Of a stretch of DNA of 64,000 nt, positions 1-12,559 are shown in pieces. The first letter of the stretch is position 1, and every line of letters starts with the position of its first letter. Below the pieces are notes generated by a model, which did no database searches, was not told where the DNA came from, and saw only the letters and a program-made list of their open reading frames with translations. The stretch is from NCBI GenBank assembly GCA_964016885.1, contig OZ024745.1, forward strand, positions 114,576,001 to 114,640,000. The letters run 5' to 3'. This DNA is from Eledone cirrhosa. Its lineage: Eukaryota. The translations under genes and the position numbers were made by a program.

Positions 1-180
1 CAAATGTGTCATTGAGCCATAATTTCATTGTAAAATTTAGGAGCCTGTCACCTTACACTCAATATTGATTTCTAAATTAAGCATAAGGTCATATATTTTT
101 GGAAAAGTATATAGTCAATTAAATCGATTAGTACTTATTTTTTGTAATGTGCACAAATTACACACACACACACACACATA

Positions 181-612
181 AAGAAGTCTAGGGAGCTACT
201 GCCTCTGTTGACTGTTTCATTGAAAGATGCCTGTGTGCAAAATGAAATGCTGTATAGTAGTGAGACATGAGCAGTGAATGCAGAAGATATGCAAAGGCTG
301 GAGAGAAATGAAGAGAGCATGCTTTGATGGATGTGCAATATTAATGTGCAAAAACAACAAAGCATGGATGAACTGAGAAAGAAACTAGCTATAAGAGGAA
401 TCAGATGTAGTGTGCAAGAGAGGAGACTGCAGTGGTATAGACATGTGATGTGTATGTATGATGATTGTTGCATGAAGAACTGTCAAGGAACCCCAGTAGA
501 TGGAAGCCACAGTAGAGGAAGACCTTGGCAGAGGTGGTAAAAACTGATCTCAAATCACTGAGGTTAACAGAAGAGATGTCAAAGGTGCACGAGAATTGGA
601 AGTAAAATGTTG
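181..612 (+). mobile_element. RTE-clade LINE, decayed 3' coding fragment
   Basis: Translates to LYSSETWAV..MQRLERNE..ML*WMC..ELRKKL..RRLQWYRHV..RGRPW, the post-RT C-terminus of RTE LINEs; stops present. Confidence 0.85.
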
Positions 613-839
613 ATGATGATACAGTAAAATATTCAGTAGGCTCTCTGTGAAGAGAAGCTATTTCTGCAGACCCTCCTTGTAATGAAAAATAAGATAAATG
701 GAGGATCCTAGAGTAGTCGAGACCATACATCTATGAAACAAAAAATGTTCCCTCTGCCTCAGTGAAAAATTCAGGATTTTATAGGGTTTGAGCTCGTTAA
801 AAAAGTACCTGAACTCTAAAAATGAGATGTTTAACGACT

Positions 840-1260
840 ACACACACCTCAAGAGACACCTACTCTTGTCAAGAAAAAGACCACCCACTAAACATTCTGT
901 CAACAGATGTACTATATCTGATCACTCTTTTCTACATGTCAATCTCTTATACCTGTAACTATCTTCCACAACCTGCACCATGCTATCAAATGACTAGAAT
1001 TTTTAACAACCAAACACACAGACACAGAAATATACACACATTACAGCAATTCACATTGAAACAAGAGTTGCCTCCCTTAGAAAACGGTTCAACAGATTTT
1101 CCAGGTTACAGCCTCTTTCCACACACTACTTCATTACGAGATCTGCAGCTGATGAAATAAGCTTAAGTCTTGCAATGATGCTTTATGTATTCTGCACCAC
1201 AGTGTACAGTCTACAATAGTTACCATGCCTACGTCTTGAAGCCTAAGGTAGTGCAATATA
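840..1260 (+). mobile_element. Possible highly decayed Penelope-like (GIY-YIG) remnant with a degenerate hammerhead
   Basis: 'STDVLYLITL' resembles the start of PLE GIY-YIG (NVIYLITC); CTGATGA near 1150 and GAAGCCTAAGGTA-GTGC near 1238-1254 resemble a decayed hammerhead core. Confidence 0.3.
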
Positions 1261-1439
1261 TATTATGTGTATGAACCCTAATATATGTATGTGTTGTATA
1301 TATCATCATCACCACCATTTAACATCAATTTTCCCATACTAGCATATATATATATATATTATCATCCTCATCACCATCATATTAAAGGTGTTAAAATGCT
1401 AAATATCTTTTTACACTGTATCTCACTATTAGATTTTTA

Positions 1440-2560
1440 ATGGAAAGCTTGTGACTCCACAACCTCTCTTTAAAACATGTCCTTATAGCTGAATCTGTAG
1501 AGATGAAATTGTCTGGTTGTTTGTCCCTGAGTAGTCAATGAAGACTATGACTTTGACATCTTGATTTATTGAGTTTTAAGGCATTTATTGCACAATTGTC
1601 TGTAAAAAGATGGTTACGGATATTGGTGGTTTAGACTTTCATGCCTATTTTATATCATGCAATGTAGTGGATGTGAACATCTGGAGGAGGATTATCCCTG
1701 AACACATCTATGAGCTTTGCTGAGGACATACTAAACAGTCTTGGTGCCAGTATACAAACCCATTTACATCATTGCTGACAGAAAAATATGTAGATGCTTC
1801 AACATTTTCAAGAATATGAGTCAATATTCCATAGTGAAATTATTTGAAAATGTTGGTAAATTTATCTAGGTAACCAAACTTCCACATAATCTTCCAGAGG
1901 CCTTTGTGACTTGAGTTGAATGCTTTGGTTGTGTCAACAAATGTAGTATATAGTTCCCAGGGTCGTTCTTGGCATATCTACTGTAGTTGTCATGCAGCAA
2001 ACGCCTTGTCTACAGTGTCAACTCCTGTGTGGAAACAGCATTAGCATTTTAGAAGAAGACCCGTTATAAAATGGTTCATAGGGCAGTTCATCAGAGTTCT
2101 GACAAAGATCTTCCCAGAAATGAAAATCAAGAAGATGTCCTGGTAGTTATTGCAAAACTATTTGTCCCTTTTGTGCTTGTATATGTTGACTGTCAAAGCA
2201 TCTTTGAATATCTGTGGGAGTTTGCTATAATTGCAGAAAGATCAGAATTATTCCATCAATATTTAATGGAGAACAAGTCCTCCATACTTGTAGATTTTAG
2301 TTGATATGGCACGTGAGTTTTGCTGCAGGATAGTTGCTTAAGACTTTTTCCTCTTATATGTCAGTAGGATGATTGTCTAGTTTCAGGTTTATTTCATCTT
2401 GAGGCAACTGAGAGATTGTAGTTTCATTTATTGTTGATTATTTTAGTTGAGAACAGTGTTGAAGTGTTCTTCTTATCTCTATAAGATGTGATTTCTGTTA
2501 ACTATTGTTTCTTAGGAGAGGTACAATTCTTGAGGATTGAAGACCAAACATACTTTCAGT
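1440..2560 (-). mobile_element. RTE-BovB-like LINE reverse transcriptase relic
   Basis: Minus strand reads IYKYGG..LPQIFKDALTVNIYKHKRDK*FCNNYQDI..GKIF..LYTTFVDTTKAF..LWKIMWKFG, i.e. early RT domains with many stops. Confidence 0.8.
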
Positions 2561-2584
2561 GATTTTTCTTTTTTGCAGGTGTGT

Positions 2585-2586
<2 letters not shown>

Positions 2587-2640
<54 letters not shown>
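2587..2640. repeat. (CA)n microsatellite
   Basis: Direct reading. Confidence 0.99.
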
Positions 2641-2643
<3 letters not shown>

Positions 2644-2656
2644 ATTGATGTATTTT

Positions 2657-2920
2657 GTGGAGGCACTTAGCGTAGTGGTAAGAGTGTTGGACTTACAATC
2701 ATATTGTTGTGGGTTTGATTCCTGGACTAAGCTGTGTGTTGTGTTCTAAAGCAAAACACTTTGTTTGCCATTGCTCCACTATACTCAGCTGAAAATGAAT
2801 ACCAGCCGTATATTGTGGATTTAACCCTGCAATGGACTGCTGTCCTGTACAAGGGGAGGTCTTGTACTTTCCGTCGCTTCATGCCACAGAAACTGGCATA
2901 AGCACCAGCTTGATAAGCTA
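2657..2920 (+). mobile_element. tRNA-derived SINE, family A
   Basis: A-box-like TAGCGTAGTGG and B-box-like GGTTTGATTCC; body homologous to 12896-13175. Confidence 0.85.
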
Positions 2921-2929
2921 ATATATATA

Positions 2930-5135
2930 TGTCTGGGTGGAAAATGACAATGGGCTGGATGGAGTAGATATTTTATTAGCTGATAAATGGGTAGATACGG
3001 TAATCTCCATGAATTGAGTGAATGTGGGAATCATTAAACTCAGACTAGTCTTAAATAGAACCATGGCTACAATTACATCTGCATATGCACCTCAATTTGG
3101 GTTGTCAGACAAACTCAATGTTAGGTTTTACAAATCCCTAATGCACACTATTACCCTAACAAATGACAGTGACTTCCTAATCATTGCAGGGAGCTTTAAT
3201 GGACACACTGGAAAACACTGACGGCTTCTACAGAGTCTATGGAGGCAAGAAATAAAGAAGGTTTCAGGCTCCTAGAATTCTGTGATGCCAATGACCTATC
3301 GATATGTAATACAAAGTTTAAAACCCTGATAACTGCCTGATCACTTATAGATCTAGTAAGCTTGGTAGTCAGATAGATTTTATCCTTACCAGAGGATGAG
3401 ATAAAGTGACAGTTGTAAATACGAAAGCCTTTGCTGGTGAGGAATGCATGTCCCAACATAACCTTGTAGTTAGTGACTTCATTGTCAGAGCTAAACAAAC
3501 TTAGAGATAGAGGGCAACCTGGAGGAGAAAGATATGGAAGTTGAAAGAGCCCTCAATCAGTAACAAATTTAGAGATATTTTGCTTAACACCCATGAGAAT
3601 AAGGAAGAATGAATGGAGACATTCAATATAGAAGAGCATTGGGAGTTCCTGAAAGATAATCTGCTGAAGGTGACAGGCAATATCTGTGGATAGAGTAGGG
3701 TTATAGAGAGAAGAAGAATGATTTGGTGGTGGAACAGTAAGGTAGATGAGACAATTATGGCCAAAAGACAGCCATGGAAAAAATGGAAGAATGGGGGAAG
3801 CAGGGTACACTATATAGAGGCCAGAAAAGAAGCTAGGCAACAAGTATACTTCGCAAGGAGCGAAGTGGAAGATGAAAAATTCAAACATGTTTTGCAGGGT
3901 GAAGACCAGAAACGTGAGGCAATGTGTTAGGGAAAATTGTGATGTCATTGGTGAGAAGTGTGTCCATGGTGATAAAGGTGCACTTGCTCTCACATGCTGA
4001 AAACAAAGTAGCATGGAAGAGCCATTATGAAAAATTACCGAATGAGGAGAATGCATGGGAGAAAGAAATCCTACCCCAAGTGGACCCAACAGAGGGCCCA
4101 GCCGTACAAGTCAGCAGCAGTGTAGTAAATTAGGCAATTAAGGATATGAAGATTGGAAAAGCAGCCAGTCTATTAGGGATAGTTGCTGAGATGCTGATAG
4201 CCACTTATATAGTAAACTAAGTAATACTAAATGGTGTCATACTGAATGACTGGTGTAGCAGCAGCACTGTTAACTGCTTCAAAGGTAAAGGAGATGCACT
4301 AGATAGAGGAAACTATAGAGGCATCAAGTTGATGGACCAGATCATGAAAGTAACAGAAAGAGTTATAGCAGAGCTGATTAGGGACCAGGTTAACCTAGAT
4401 GAGATGAAGTTCAGATTTGTGCTAGGTAAAAGCACCACAGATGCTCTCTTCCTTGTGAAGCAGCTACGGGAGAAGTACCTAGCTAAAAGTAAACCATTCT
4501 ACCTGGCATTTGTTGATCTTGAGAAAATATTTGATAAAGTCCCCTGTGCCAATACCTGGTGGGCTCTTAGAAAACTAGGAGTAGAAGAGTGGCTTGTGAA
4601 GGCTGTACAAGCCATGTATAGGGGAGTAGTCAGCAAAGTTAGGATAAACAACAACTGTAGCAAGGAATTTAGCATGCAAGTTGGCATCCACCAGGGCTCT
4701 GTTCTTAGTCCTACTTGTTTATTATCATTCTGCAAGCTATAATAGAGGAGTTTAAAACTGGCTACCCATGGGAACTCCTGTATGATTTTTTTTTCTCTAA
4801 TTCTGCCATAGATTCAGCTATGAGTGTAAGGTCATTACACTCATAGCTAAATCTATGGAAGAATTAGAGAAAAAAATCCAAACCTGGATGCATGGCCTAC
4901 TAACAAAGGGTCTTAAGGTTAACTAGACAAAGACTAAAGTCCTAGTAAGTAGAAAGGAAAACAGAGCCATAATCCCATTGGGGAAATGGCCTTGCTCAGT
5001 GTATAGGAAAGGTGTAGGTAGAAATTCCATCCAATGACCCTAATGCGAACTATGGGTACACAAGAGATGTAGTGAGATCTCAGGTAGTTTAGCTAAGAAC
5101 ATGGGTTTTACATGTAGCCATTGCACTGGAAAATA
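2930..5135 (+). mobile_element. RTE-clade LINE: APE endonuclease, RT and PHD-like finger; pseudogenised
   Basis: SAYAPQ and GSFNGHTG (APE GDFN), NYRGIKL, LAFVDLEKIFDKVP, GIHQGSVLSP, then GKWPCSV..CELWVHKRC..FTCSHC; many stops and frameshifts. Confidence 0.95.
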
Positions 5136-5360
5136 TGGCCAAATATAATGTATAAATAATTTCTACTAAAAGGTAGAGTGTCAATAAACAGGCAATGCTT
5201 CATTGAATTGGGAGACTCCATGTTAGAATGATGAAAACGAAAATCAATATGTGATATGTTCTTGCCTTTACACTTTTGTTACTATATTCCTAACAAGAAT
5301 AGAATACCTTTGTGTTTTAATTATCAAACTAATCCATAATAAGCGGTTTAGTGAAATAAT

Positions 5361-5547
5361 TGTTTCTACTTTTGGCACAAGGCTAGCAATTACCCAGTAC
5401 ATTACTGGTACTTTATTTTATTGACCCCGTATGGATGAAAAGCAAAGCTAACCTCGGCGGGATTTGAACTCAGATCGTAAAGGGACGTAACTCTATGCTG
5501 GAAAGCATGTCCGACCTTCTACTGATACTGCCAATTCACCGTCCTTA
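5361..5547 (-). mobile_element. tRNA-derived SINE, family B, with 15-bp TSD
   Basis: Minus-strand A box TGGCAGTATCAG and B box GAGTTCAAATCC; GTTTAGTGAAATAAT at 5346-5360 and 5548-5562. Confidence 0.92.
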
Positions 5548-5719
5548 GTTTAGTGAAATAATGAACTTTCAACTTAATAACAAAAGACCCATATTTAACT
5601 ACTGAAATCTAATATTATCTGGCATGTAATGAGATTTCAGTTCAAGGTTTAAATTTAAATTTAAACACTATAATAGAGACAGTTTTTGGTGGGTTTGTAT
5701 TTAAAAGGTTAAAATCACA

Positions 5720-6236
5720 AACAAAGATAGACCAAGAAAGACCTGGGCAGAGATGGTGAGAGTTGACTTCCAATTGCTGAGACTCACAGAGGAGATGACA
5801 AAGAAACACAGAAAGACCCATCCAACTCATACAAGTAGACATAAAAACGTTGACGATGATGATGATGAAAGGGTTGGGAGGGGGGGGGGGGGCTAGCTCG
5901 CCAAACAAAGAGTTGGGATGACATTAAGAACACAACAGCCTCCCTAGTGTTTGGGATCTACACAATAAACACACCCAGTAAAAGAATTGGTGATGGGAAG
6001 GGCATCCAGCCATAGAAAGCCTGCCAAACAAAATGTTGGGAGGACTCTTCAGTTGTGTCAAAGACATGGCAAACTTCCCTATGCACTTGATAGAATATAA
6101 AACAGTATGTAAGTGAGATGCAAACCTCCCAGCTTGTCTGGGAGGTCAGTAGCTCTGCTTAAGAACTGACTTTGTCTATGTAGTACCCTCTAACCCTTGC
6201 TAGAAAGAAAAGCAGACATTAAATGACGATGATGAT
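5720..6236 (+). mobile_element. Two RTE 3'-UTR fragments ending in (GAT)n
   Basis: 'ggaagggcatccagccatagaaa' and 'gacattaaatgacgatgatga' match the RTE 3' end at 27800-28035. Confidence 0.7.
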
Positions 6237-6572
6237 AATATCACAAAAATAACTACTAAAAATCAACATTCCAATGTTACACTAGAATTTTTTGTAAAAG
6301 ATTTTTTCATGACTAAAATTAATTGAAGTGCTTTATAACCTATTCTAAAAAAGTCTAAAATCTGTCCCAAGACCAGAGGCTTATTAGGCCAATCTTGCAA
6401 CTGAGAGTAAAAGAATCCTCCTCTGGATCTATTGCAATAGTGAATGTCTATTGAATAGGTGCTTGTGTAAATGTTTAACAGCCCAAACATGGTTAAAGCT
6501 TGAAAGACAGTCTGTGAATAACTTTATTCTGCTTTAGACAAATATCTTGAGATCTTGCTCTAACACTTCACC

Positions 6573-6852
6573 AAGTTCAGGAGAGATCAAAGTATCAGTG
6601 ATCGATATTGATTTGTTTTATAGTTGATAAAAATAATAGAGAAGAGCATCACTTGATCCAGTTCAGTAGAGATCAAAATATTGGTGATCAATGTTGATTT
6701 GTTTTGTAGTTGGTAGGATTAAAGAACAACATCTGTTGATCAGAAGTTCAGTATAGGTCAAAGTACCAGTGATCAATGTTGATTTGTTTTGCAGTTGATA
6801 GGAATGGAGAAGAACAGTATCAGTTGAACAGAAGTTCAGTAGAGATCAAAGT
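6573..6852. repeat. ~87-bp tandem repeat, about 3.3 copies
   Basis: 'agttcagtagagatcaaagt..gtgatcaatgttgatttgtttt' recurs at ~6574, 6661, 6745, 6833. Confidence 0.9.
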
Positions 6853-7237
6853 AAATTCTTGTGTACAGTTGTCCACTTGAATTTTGATTTTGATTATAAT
6901 TTGAAAAGTGAGTCAATTGCTGCAGTGAAATTTGGAATGAATCATGAACAGTCGTACAGTATAACACCAAACATGGAACATAAGCTAGTAAAGTTAGTAG
7001 GAGATTGAGAATTTACTACAGCTGACAATTGATCAAAATCTAATTTGATGCCATAAGAACTGACAACATAACCCAAGCAATGAATTTGCAAAGCATGGAA
7101 TTGATACTTGGAAGCATTAATCTTGATTGACATTGTATTTGACTACTACTTGTAGCAACTGCATGGAAAATTATATCATTTTGGTAAACACCCACACTAA
7201 TCAATTTACCAATAATGAAATCGATGGTAGATTGGAA

Positions 7238-7435
7238 TCATCATCAGCAACAACATTTTTACGTCTGCTTTTCCATGCTTGCATGAGTTAAACGGGTCTT
7301 TTCCAGCATAATCTTCTTCATCTACACTATGAGGTTCAATGTTTTGAGATCAACTCTAATCCCCTCTACTGGCATTGCCTGGAACTTCTTCAACCAGTGT
7401 TTATCATACATATGCATTACACGTCCATACTAATA
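7238..7435 (-). mobile_element. RTE 3'-end fragment inserted in the Gypsy RT
   Basis: (CAT)n followed by 'tttacgtctgcttttccatgcttgcatgagtt', the reverse complement of the RTE tail. Confidence 0.7.
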
Positions 7436-7864
7436 GTTTTTTTAATTTTCTTTGGGCAAAACAGATAATTCAAAAGACAAGAGGTTATATCAAAACAATC
7501 CAAACAGTGTATTGATAGTGATCAATTGTATCATATTTGTAAATCTTCCTTCAGATTGATGGGGTGGGGGAGAAAAGAGAGATGGAATCAGAATTAGAGA
7601 GATGAAGAAGAGGCATCAGAGTGAGAGAGAATTAAGAAAAGAAAAGAAATAGGGGGGGGGATAATGTTTATAACAAGACTGTTGTGACAATAATCTCTTT
7701 TGTTAATGAATTTAAAAGAAAGCCTTTTGTAGACCCATTTTTGAGAAGTATGCAGAATTATTCATTTGGTGTAAAATATCCTCGGGCACCTTCGTAGTAC
7801 AACTATGTTGAAGTAAATATTGATTCAACGTTATACAGAAATCATCACAAACACATATCATGTT

Positions 7865-7934
7865 TTAACCCTTTACCATTTAAACCGGCTGTATCCGGCG
7901 TGAATTCTCTCCCCTCTTTCTGTTCAAACCAGCG
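7865..7934 (+). mobile_element. Truncated piggyBac-type MITE end
   Basis: TTAA-CCCTTTACCATTTAAACC matches the terminus of 21845-22058. Confidence 0.75.
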
Positions 7935-8226
7935 TGACAATAAGAGTTTTTCATTTAGAAGATTCAACAGTTGTTACAAATTCTTCTTGTACTAAATGAT
8001 TGAATAAACATTTGACAAGTTCAGACAAACTATAAAGTAATGTTCACATCTTGCAAAATATCAGATCACCAGCAACTAGAGATGCACTTTAAGAATATAC
8101 ATCTCACCTTTTGTGGAGCTGTATTTTGATATAAGATCCGTGAGATGCATAAATAAGGAATATGGCTTCATACTCAGAAACAAGAATACTTTTAAATATC
8201 TAATATTGATAATACATTTAAAATTA

Positions 8227-8720
8227 CCATGTATACTCAAATATAAGCTGACCCACTATTTTATGTCTGAGATATAGGCAAAAATCCAAACCCTGTGTAT
8301 AAGTCGAGGCAGATATTCAACGCATTATGTTTAGATGGTGCAGTTTTGAAATTCTCATGAGCGGAGGATATATTTATGAAATTTTAATATTTTGATATTT
8401 AAAATGTTTTAAGTGTTGCTTAGAATATAGTTTTTATTTCACAACTCCATTACATAATGTTTTTTTTTACCAATTTCCAACCGTTTTGAAGGCCATATTC
8501 ATTCAAAACATATAAAAAAGAATAGGAAATACAAATTTCATGTTGAAAGTGAATCTGGTGTAAAATTTACCTTCAAAACGAAAATATTTTAACACCTCTT
8601 TATGTAGAATTTTGAAGTCGGTGCAGATTGGCAAAATTTTGACCTCAAGTATAAGCCAACTCCCATTTAACCATCGATTTTTTGTCATATATTTTTCAGA
8701 TTATATACAAGTACAAACGG
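8227..8720. mobile_element. Tc1/mariner-superfamily (Tc2/pogo-like) MITE with TA TSD
   Basis: TA|CCATGTATACTCAAATATAAGCTGA ... TCAGATTATATACAAGTACAAACGG|TA, degenerate TIRs of the CCGTATATACTCGAGTATAAG type. Confidence 0.75.
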
Positions 8721-9394
8721 TACTTGAAATGTACAAGGAACTAATTTTAAAGTAGGATTTCATTAAAAGGGTAAGGAGATACTGGTCAATCAAAAGAAGT
8801 TAATGACATGTATAGAAATGTTTGTTAAAATAACTTGGATAAAATTTCTTTAGCTCAGCTAAACTTATCATTGATTCAGTACTACAAGTGTCCATAATGA
8901 CAGTATGTAAATTATCAGAAGCTGACTTAAAAGATTGTCACATATCTGATGGATTATGTGTCACTAAAGTTTCATATAAGCCCAAGTTTATGTAATTCAT
9001 TGTTACTTGAATAAAACAATACAAGCATCTAGTTGAAGTAATTTACATGTATTGAGAGAGGGGGAGAGAATAAGTGAGGGTGAGGAAGAGAGTTACTATT
9101 AAATGTTTTCACTTTCTTTCTAATTATGCATATGGAAGTAAATCTAATCCACATGCCACCACTATAGATGAAACATGTCGGCTTTTGCCTTTCCTTTGGA
9201 CAACATCAGTGGTGTGGAGAGGGGAGACTGGTAAACATGGTCTTCCACAAAAACACCTTGACCAGACTTCTTGCCTCGGAAGGGAACTTTCTAGGTACAA
9301 AACTCATTGTCATTCGTGACTGAAGGGGTTCTTTACCTCTTTATCTCTAGGTAGCATAGAATAGGGTAGGTCCTTGAATCCTACAGTGTTAGAC

Positions 9395-9615
9395 TTCTGT
9401 TGCTTTTGACTACGTCTATTCCAGTTGACACAATCAGTGGAACAGCCTGTTCATGAAACTGGAGTGCAAGTGTCTGAGGATTCCAAAGACACTCTTAGTG
9501 TAGTTCTCAGGGAGATTCAGCCTGAGATAGGGTGCGATATAGCTGGCTATTTGAATTACAGGTACAACTTTTTTGCCAGTTGAAAGGACAGGGGCACCAT
9601 GAAATAAAAGACAGA
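9395..9615 (-). mobile_element. SINE body (family A-related); other copies at ~49950-50185 (+) and ~60980-61200 (-)
   Basis: Shared 'gtagttctcagggagattcagc..gaattacaggtacaac' block in the 9395 and 60980 copies; the 49950 copy is more diverged. Confidence 0.7.
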
Positions 9616-9860
9616 ACATACTGCCAGGAATTTACAATCTCCTATGTTGTAGCTAGTCTAATATTTGTGTTTACTTATGAGATTGCTAGTCATACATTAA
9701 TGTATTTAATAATATAGTTCATAAAATAATTCCTGTATGGACCAATGTGTAAAGGAAGGAAGAGAGTTAAAAGGTTTTTGACATTTAGGAAGGAGATGCA
9801 AGAGAAAGAATGTTATATTGGGTACTGAAGTAGTGTTATAGTACAGTCTGTTGTATTGTA

Positions 9861-9910
9861 GAAGAAGAAGAAGAAGAAGAAGAAGAAGAAGAAGAAGAAG
9901 AAGAAGAAGA
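9861..9910. repeat. (GAA)n microsatellite
   Basis: Direct reading. Confidence 0.99.
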
Positions 9911-10249
9911 ACTTTATCTAGGTTCATGTGGTTTGGAAAAGGTCTAGGGTGGGGAGGAAGTGAGAACAATACGCAGTAAATATAGTAAAGACAGTGGGCA
10001 ATTGGCCTTGATTTTTGGGAGGGAGTTATAAATAGAATGCAATATTGTAGGTACATGTGACCTACTGTAAATTGTATATTGTGTTGGATAGTCCCACCTC
10101 ACTATACTCAAAGTATGGTAGTGTAATACTTAGTTGATAAAGTATTTCTATTCTGTCCATGGTGTAAAGAAATGGAGGAGGTTAATACATTTATGATTCT
10201 TAGAAAGAAAAGACAGCAATATAAAGGGTTCTTGTGGTTAGTATAGTAG

Positions 10250-10700
10250 TGTTGCTGGATACCAGAATTTTAATAAAAATCAATTTTGTTTGGGTATTTA
10301 AATATGCTTCCAGTATGTTAACCTTTTCTATTGCATAAGATTGGCATTGCCTAGTCCCATTAATGTATTGTCTGTATTTTTTCTTTTATTCTCCACATAA
10401 TCAAATATGGGCTGTTGTTGTCATTTGATGACCAGACATCTTTCGACAATGTGATTGCAGACCTTTTATCTTTGTCTCTCAATGAAAATGTATGGTTTAC
10501 AATATTTGAATGATTATTTTGTCATTCTAATATATTTTATGGTGTTGGTTGCACTGTTCCTATCTGTAGGTGTAATTTCCACTCTATATGCAATGGTTTT
10601 TGGTTTGATGTGGCAGACTTGATCCAAAGAGCATGCTCTCTTATTATTAAATGTGCATTATCTATGGCAATTTTTTATGTTATGTGGTTTTTTTTTCATA
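10250..10700 (-). mobile_element. Penelope-like element GIY-YIG endonuclease relic
   Basis: Minus strand: KRACSLDQVC..TIAYRVEI..IKYIRMT..SFK..HTFSLRDKDKRSAITLSKDVW..YLIMWRI..CQSYAIEKVNIL, the same pattern as the PLEs at 26 kb and 46 kb. Confidence 0.8.
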
Positions 10701-10853
10701 TTAGGTGTATTAGGTGTATATTACATAATATATATATATATTTTTTTTTAATAGTTTAGCTGAAGATTTTCTACACAAGGGAAATATAGTAAATAAGCTT
10801 CAAACAAAAGGAGTGTTTACAAAATTTATATGATATTTTTTATACCTTAGTAT

Positions 10854-10900
10854 GTGTTGCTGAAGATGGATAAAAATCATGAAGTAGATGTATACAGCAC
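10854..10900 (+). ncRNA. Degenerate type I hammerhead ribozyme; a second decayed copy at ~10755-10800
   Basis: GTGTTG-CTGAAGA-T GGAT AAAA ATCA T-GAAG-TAGATGTA-T A-CAGCAC; helix I pairs over 6 bp, A15.1 changed to G. Confidence 0.55.
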
Positions 10901-11047
10901 TCTTACATGGGTACTGAAGTAGTTGTGATATGATCACAGCCTAAAATACTCATAATGAGACTATATATAAGTTTATTATACAGAAATATATTGTATATAG
11001 ATCTTTATATGTACTCATTCTAGGCCATGTTATGTTAGCACTATCGC

Positions 11048-11128
<81 letters not shown>

Positions 11129-11130
11129 TT

Positions 11131-11426
11131 TATACATTAAGTACAAAATGAGGTTTCACATTAAGGTTTTATTAATTATGCACAGTTACAACTGTTACAC
11201 AGAGGAGTGGTTCAGGATCCATCCCAATCTACTCATCAGATTTGTTAATCAAGCATAAACAAGATTTTGGATTTTGCTTAATGAACAAATTTGATGAGAA
11301 GATAGAGCTGGAAACAGGTCTATAACATTAACATGGACCCTGAGCCATCCACCTGTGAAATGGTTGTAACTGTGCATAATCAATATAAACCTTAATGTGA
11401 AATCTCATTTTGCTCTTAATATATAC
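11131..11426. mobile_element. ~300-bp foldback element with a degenerate hammerhead core
   Basis: Outer arms ~11131-11222 and 11332-11426; inner arms 11232-11255 and 11275-11298; TTGATGA..GAAACAGGTC near 11291-11320. Confidence 0.75.
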
Positions 11427-11576
11427 ACTCTGTTATAGCATAGAATGCTGATTTTGGTACCTTCCTCAGTAAACCCTGAATCTACTGAACCCCCAATATA
11501 TATATATATATCTGTAGGAACCAGTAAGACCCCGACAGCTGAGCTCAAGCCGTTTCGACGGCTAATTCTGTATATA

Positions 11577-12515
11577 TCTGTATATATATAAAATTAAGTA
11601 TGTGTGTGTGTCTGTGTGTCTGTGTATTACCTATAGGGGCCTACATCTTACGACCGATTTTCATGAAACTTTACAGGCTCATAGATTAGTCATCGGGAAG
11701 TGTTTTCTATATATCACCGTATCGTTTTTTTTTTTATTCTGGGGTCATTCTGCAGATAAAAATCGATAGAGGGGGTCACCATTTTTTAGGTATCAAAAAA
11801 TAAGATTTTTGGCTCTAACTCCCGCATTTTGCTACCGATTTCGTTCAAATTTTAAAGCAAAATAGAATTTATCATTGCACATCCTGTAATGACTTTATAT
11901 TTTGCAGTTGTTGTTCAGGGACGGCGTGGCAGCCGCTTAAATATTCAAAGATACCACTTTTAAACTCAAATTTCCACTTTTTCAGCTCTAGCTCCCACAT
12001 TAATCAACCTACTTTGTTCAAATTTTACACTACGCTAGATCTGATTATTTCACATCTTAAAGTGGCTTTACATTTTGGATGTTTTGTTCAGGAACGGCGT
12101 GGCAGCCGCTTAAATATTCGAAAATACCACCTTTTCGCTCAAATTTCCACCTTTTCGGCTCTAGCTCCCACATTTTTCAACCGATTTCGTTCAAATTCGA
12201 AACTTCGGCTCCACCTCACACATAAATCAATTTATTTGGTTCAACTTTTATACTATGATAGAACCTATCATTGCCAATCTTATAGTAGCTTTACACTTTG
12301 CATTTTTTGTTCAGGGACGGCGTGGCAGCCATTTAACTCTTCAAAATACGATTTTTTCCACCTCCCACATATTCCATACGATTTCACTCAACATTTCGCC
12401 ATTTGCTACACCTTACGACCGATTTTCAAGAAACTCGCAATCGCTAAGATCAACACCTTTTCATCAAATCAGATATTATTTTTACCTACCCAGGCAACGC
12501 TGGGTACTGCTGCTA

Positions 12516-12516
<1 letters not shown>
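11577..12516 (+). mobile_element. Non-autonomous Helitron
   Basis: A|TC 5' end; 3' hairpin TACCCAG..CTGGGTA at 12487-12506 then CTAG|T; internal repeats 'gttcagggacggcgtggcagcc' at ~11913, 12085, 12309; no TSD. Confidence 0.9.

Positions 12517-12559
<43 letters not shown>

Larger units (their letters stand above)
6570..8960 (-). mobile_element. Ty3/Gypsy LTR retrotransposon pol relic (protease and RT), interrupted by later insertions
   Basis: Minus strand: MDTCSTESMIS (protease DTG, ~8870-8900); VESSK*KTLIV; CDDFCITLNQYL..EDILHQMNNSAYFSK; VGVYQNDII (YxDD); KINASKYQF..CLGYVVSSYGIK..; FIPNF..KFKWT. Confidence 0.88.

Noticed and set aside
401-745. Minus-strand ORF MYGLDYSR.. after a good acceptor
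   Set aside because: No convincing donor, no recognisable protein, runs into an antisense RTE fragment and is closed in the phase required by the 40216 exon
8108-8199. Minus-strand exon candidate (AG...GTGAG)
   Set aside because: Lies collinearly between the Gypsy protease and RT remnants; better explained as pol relic
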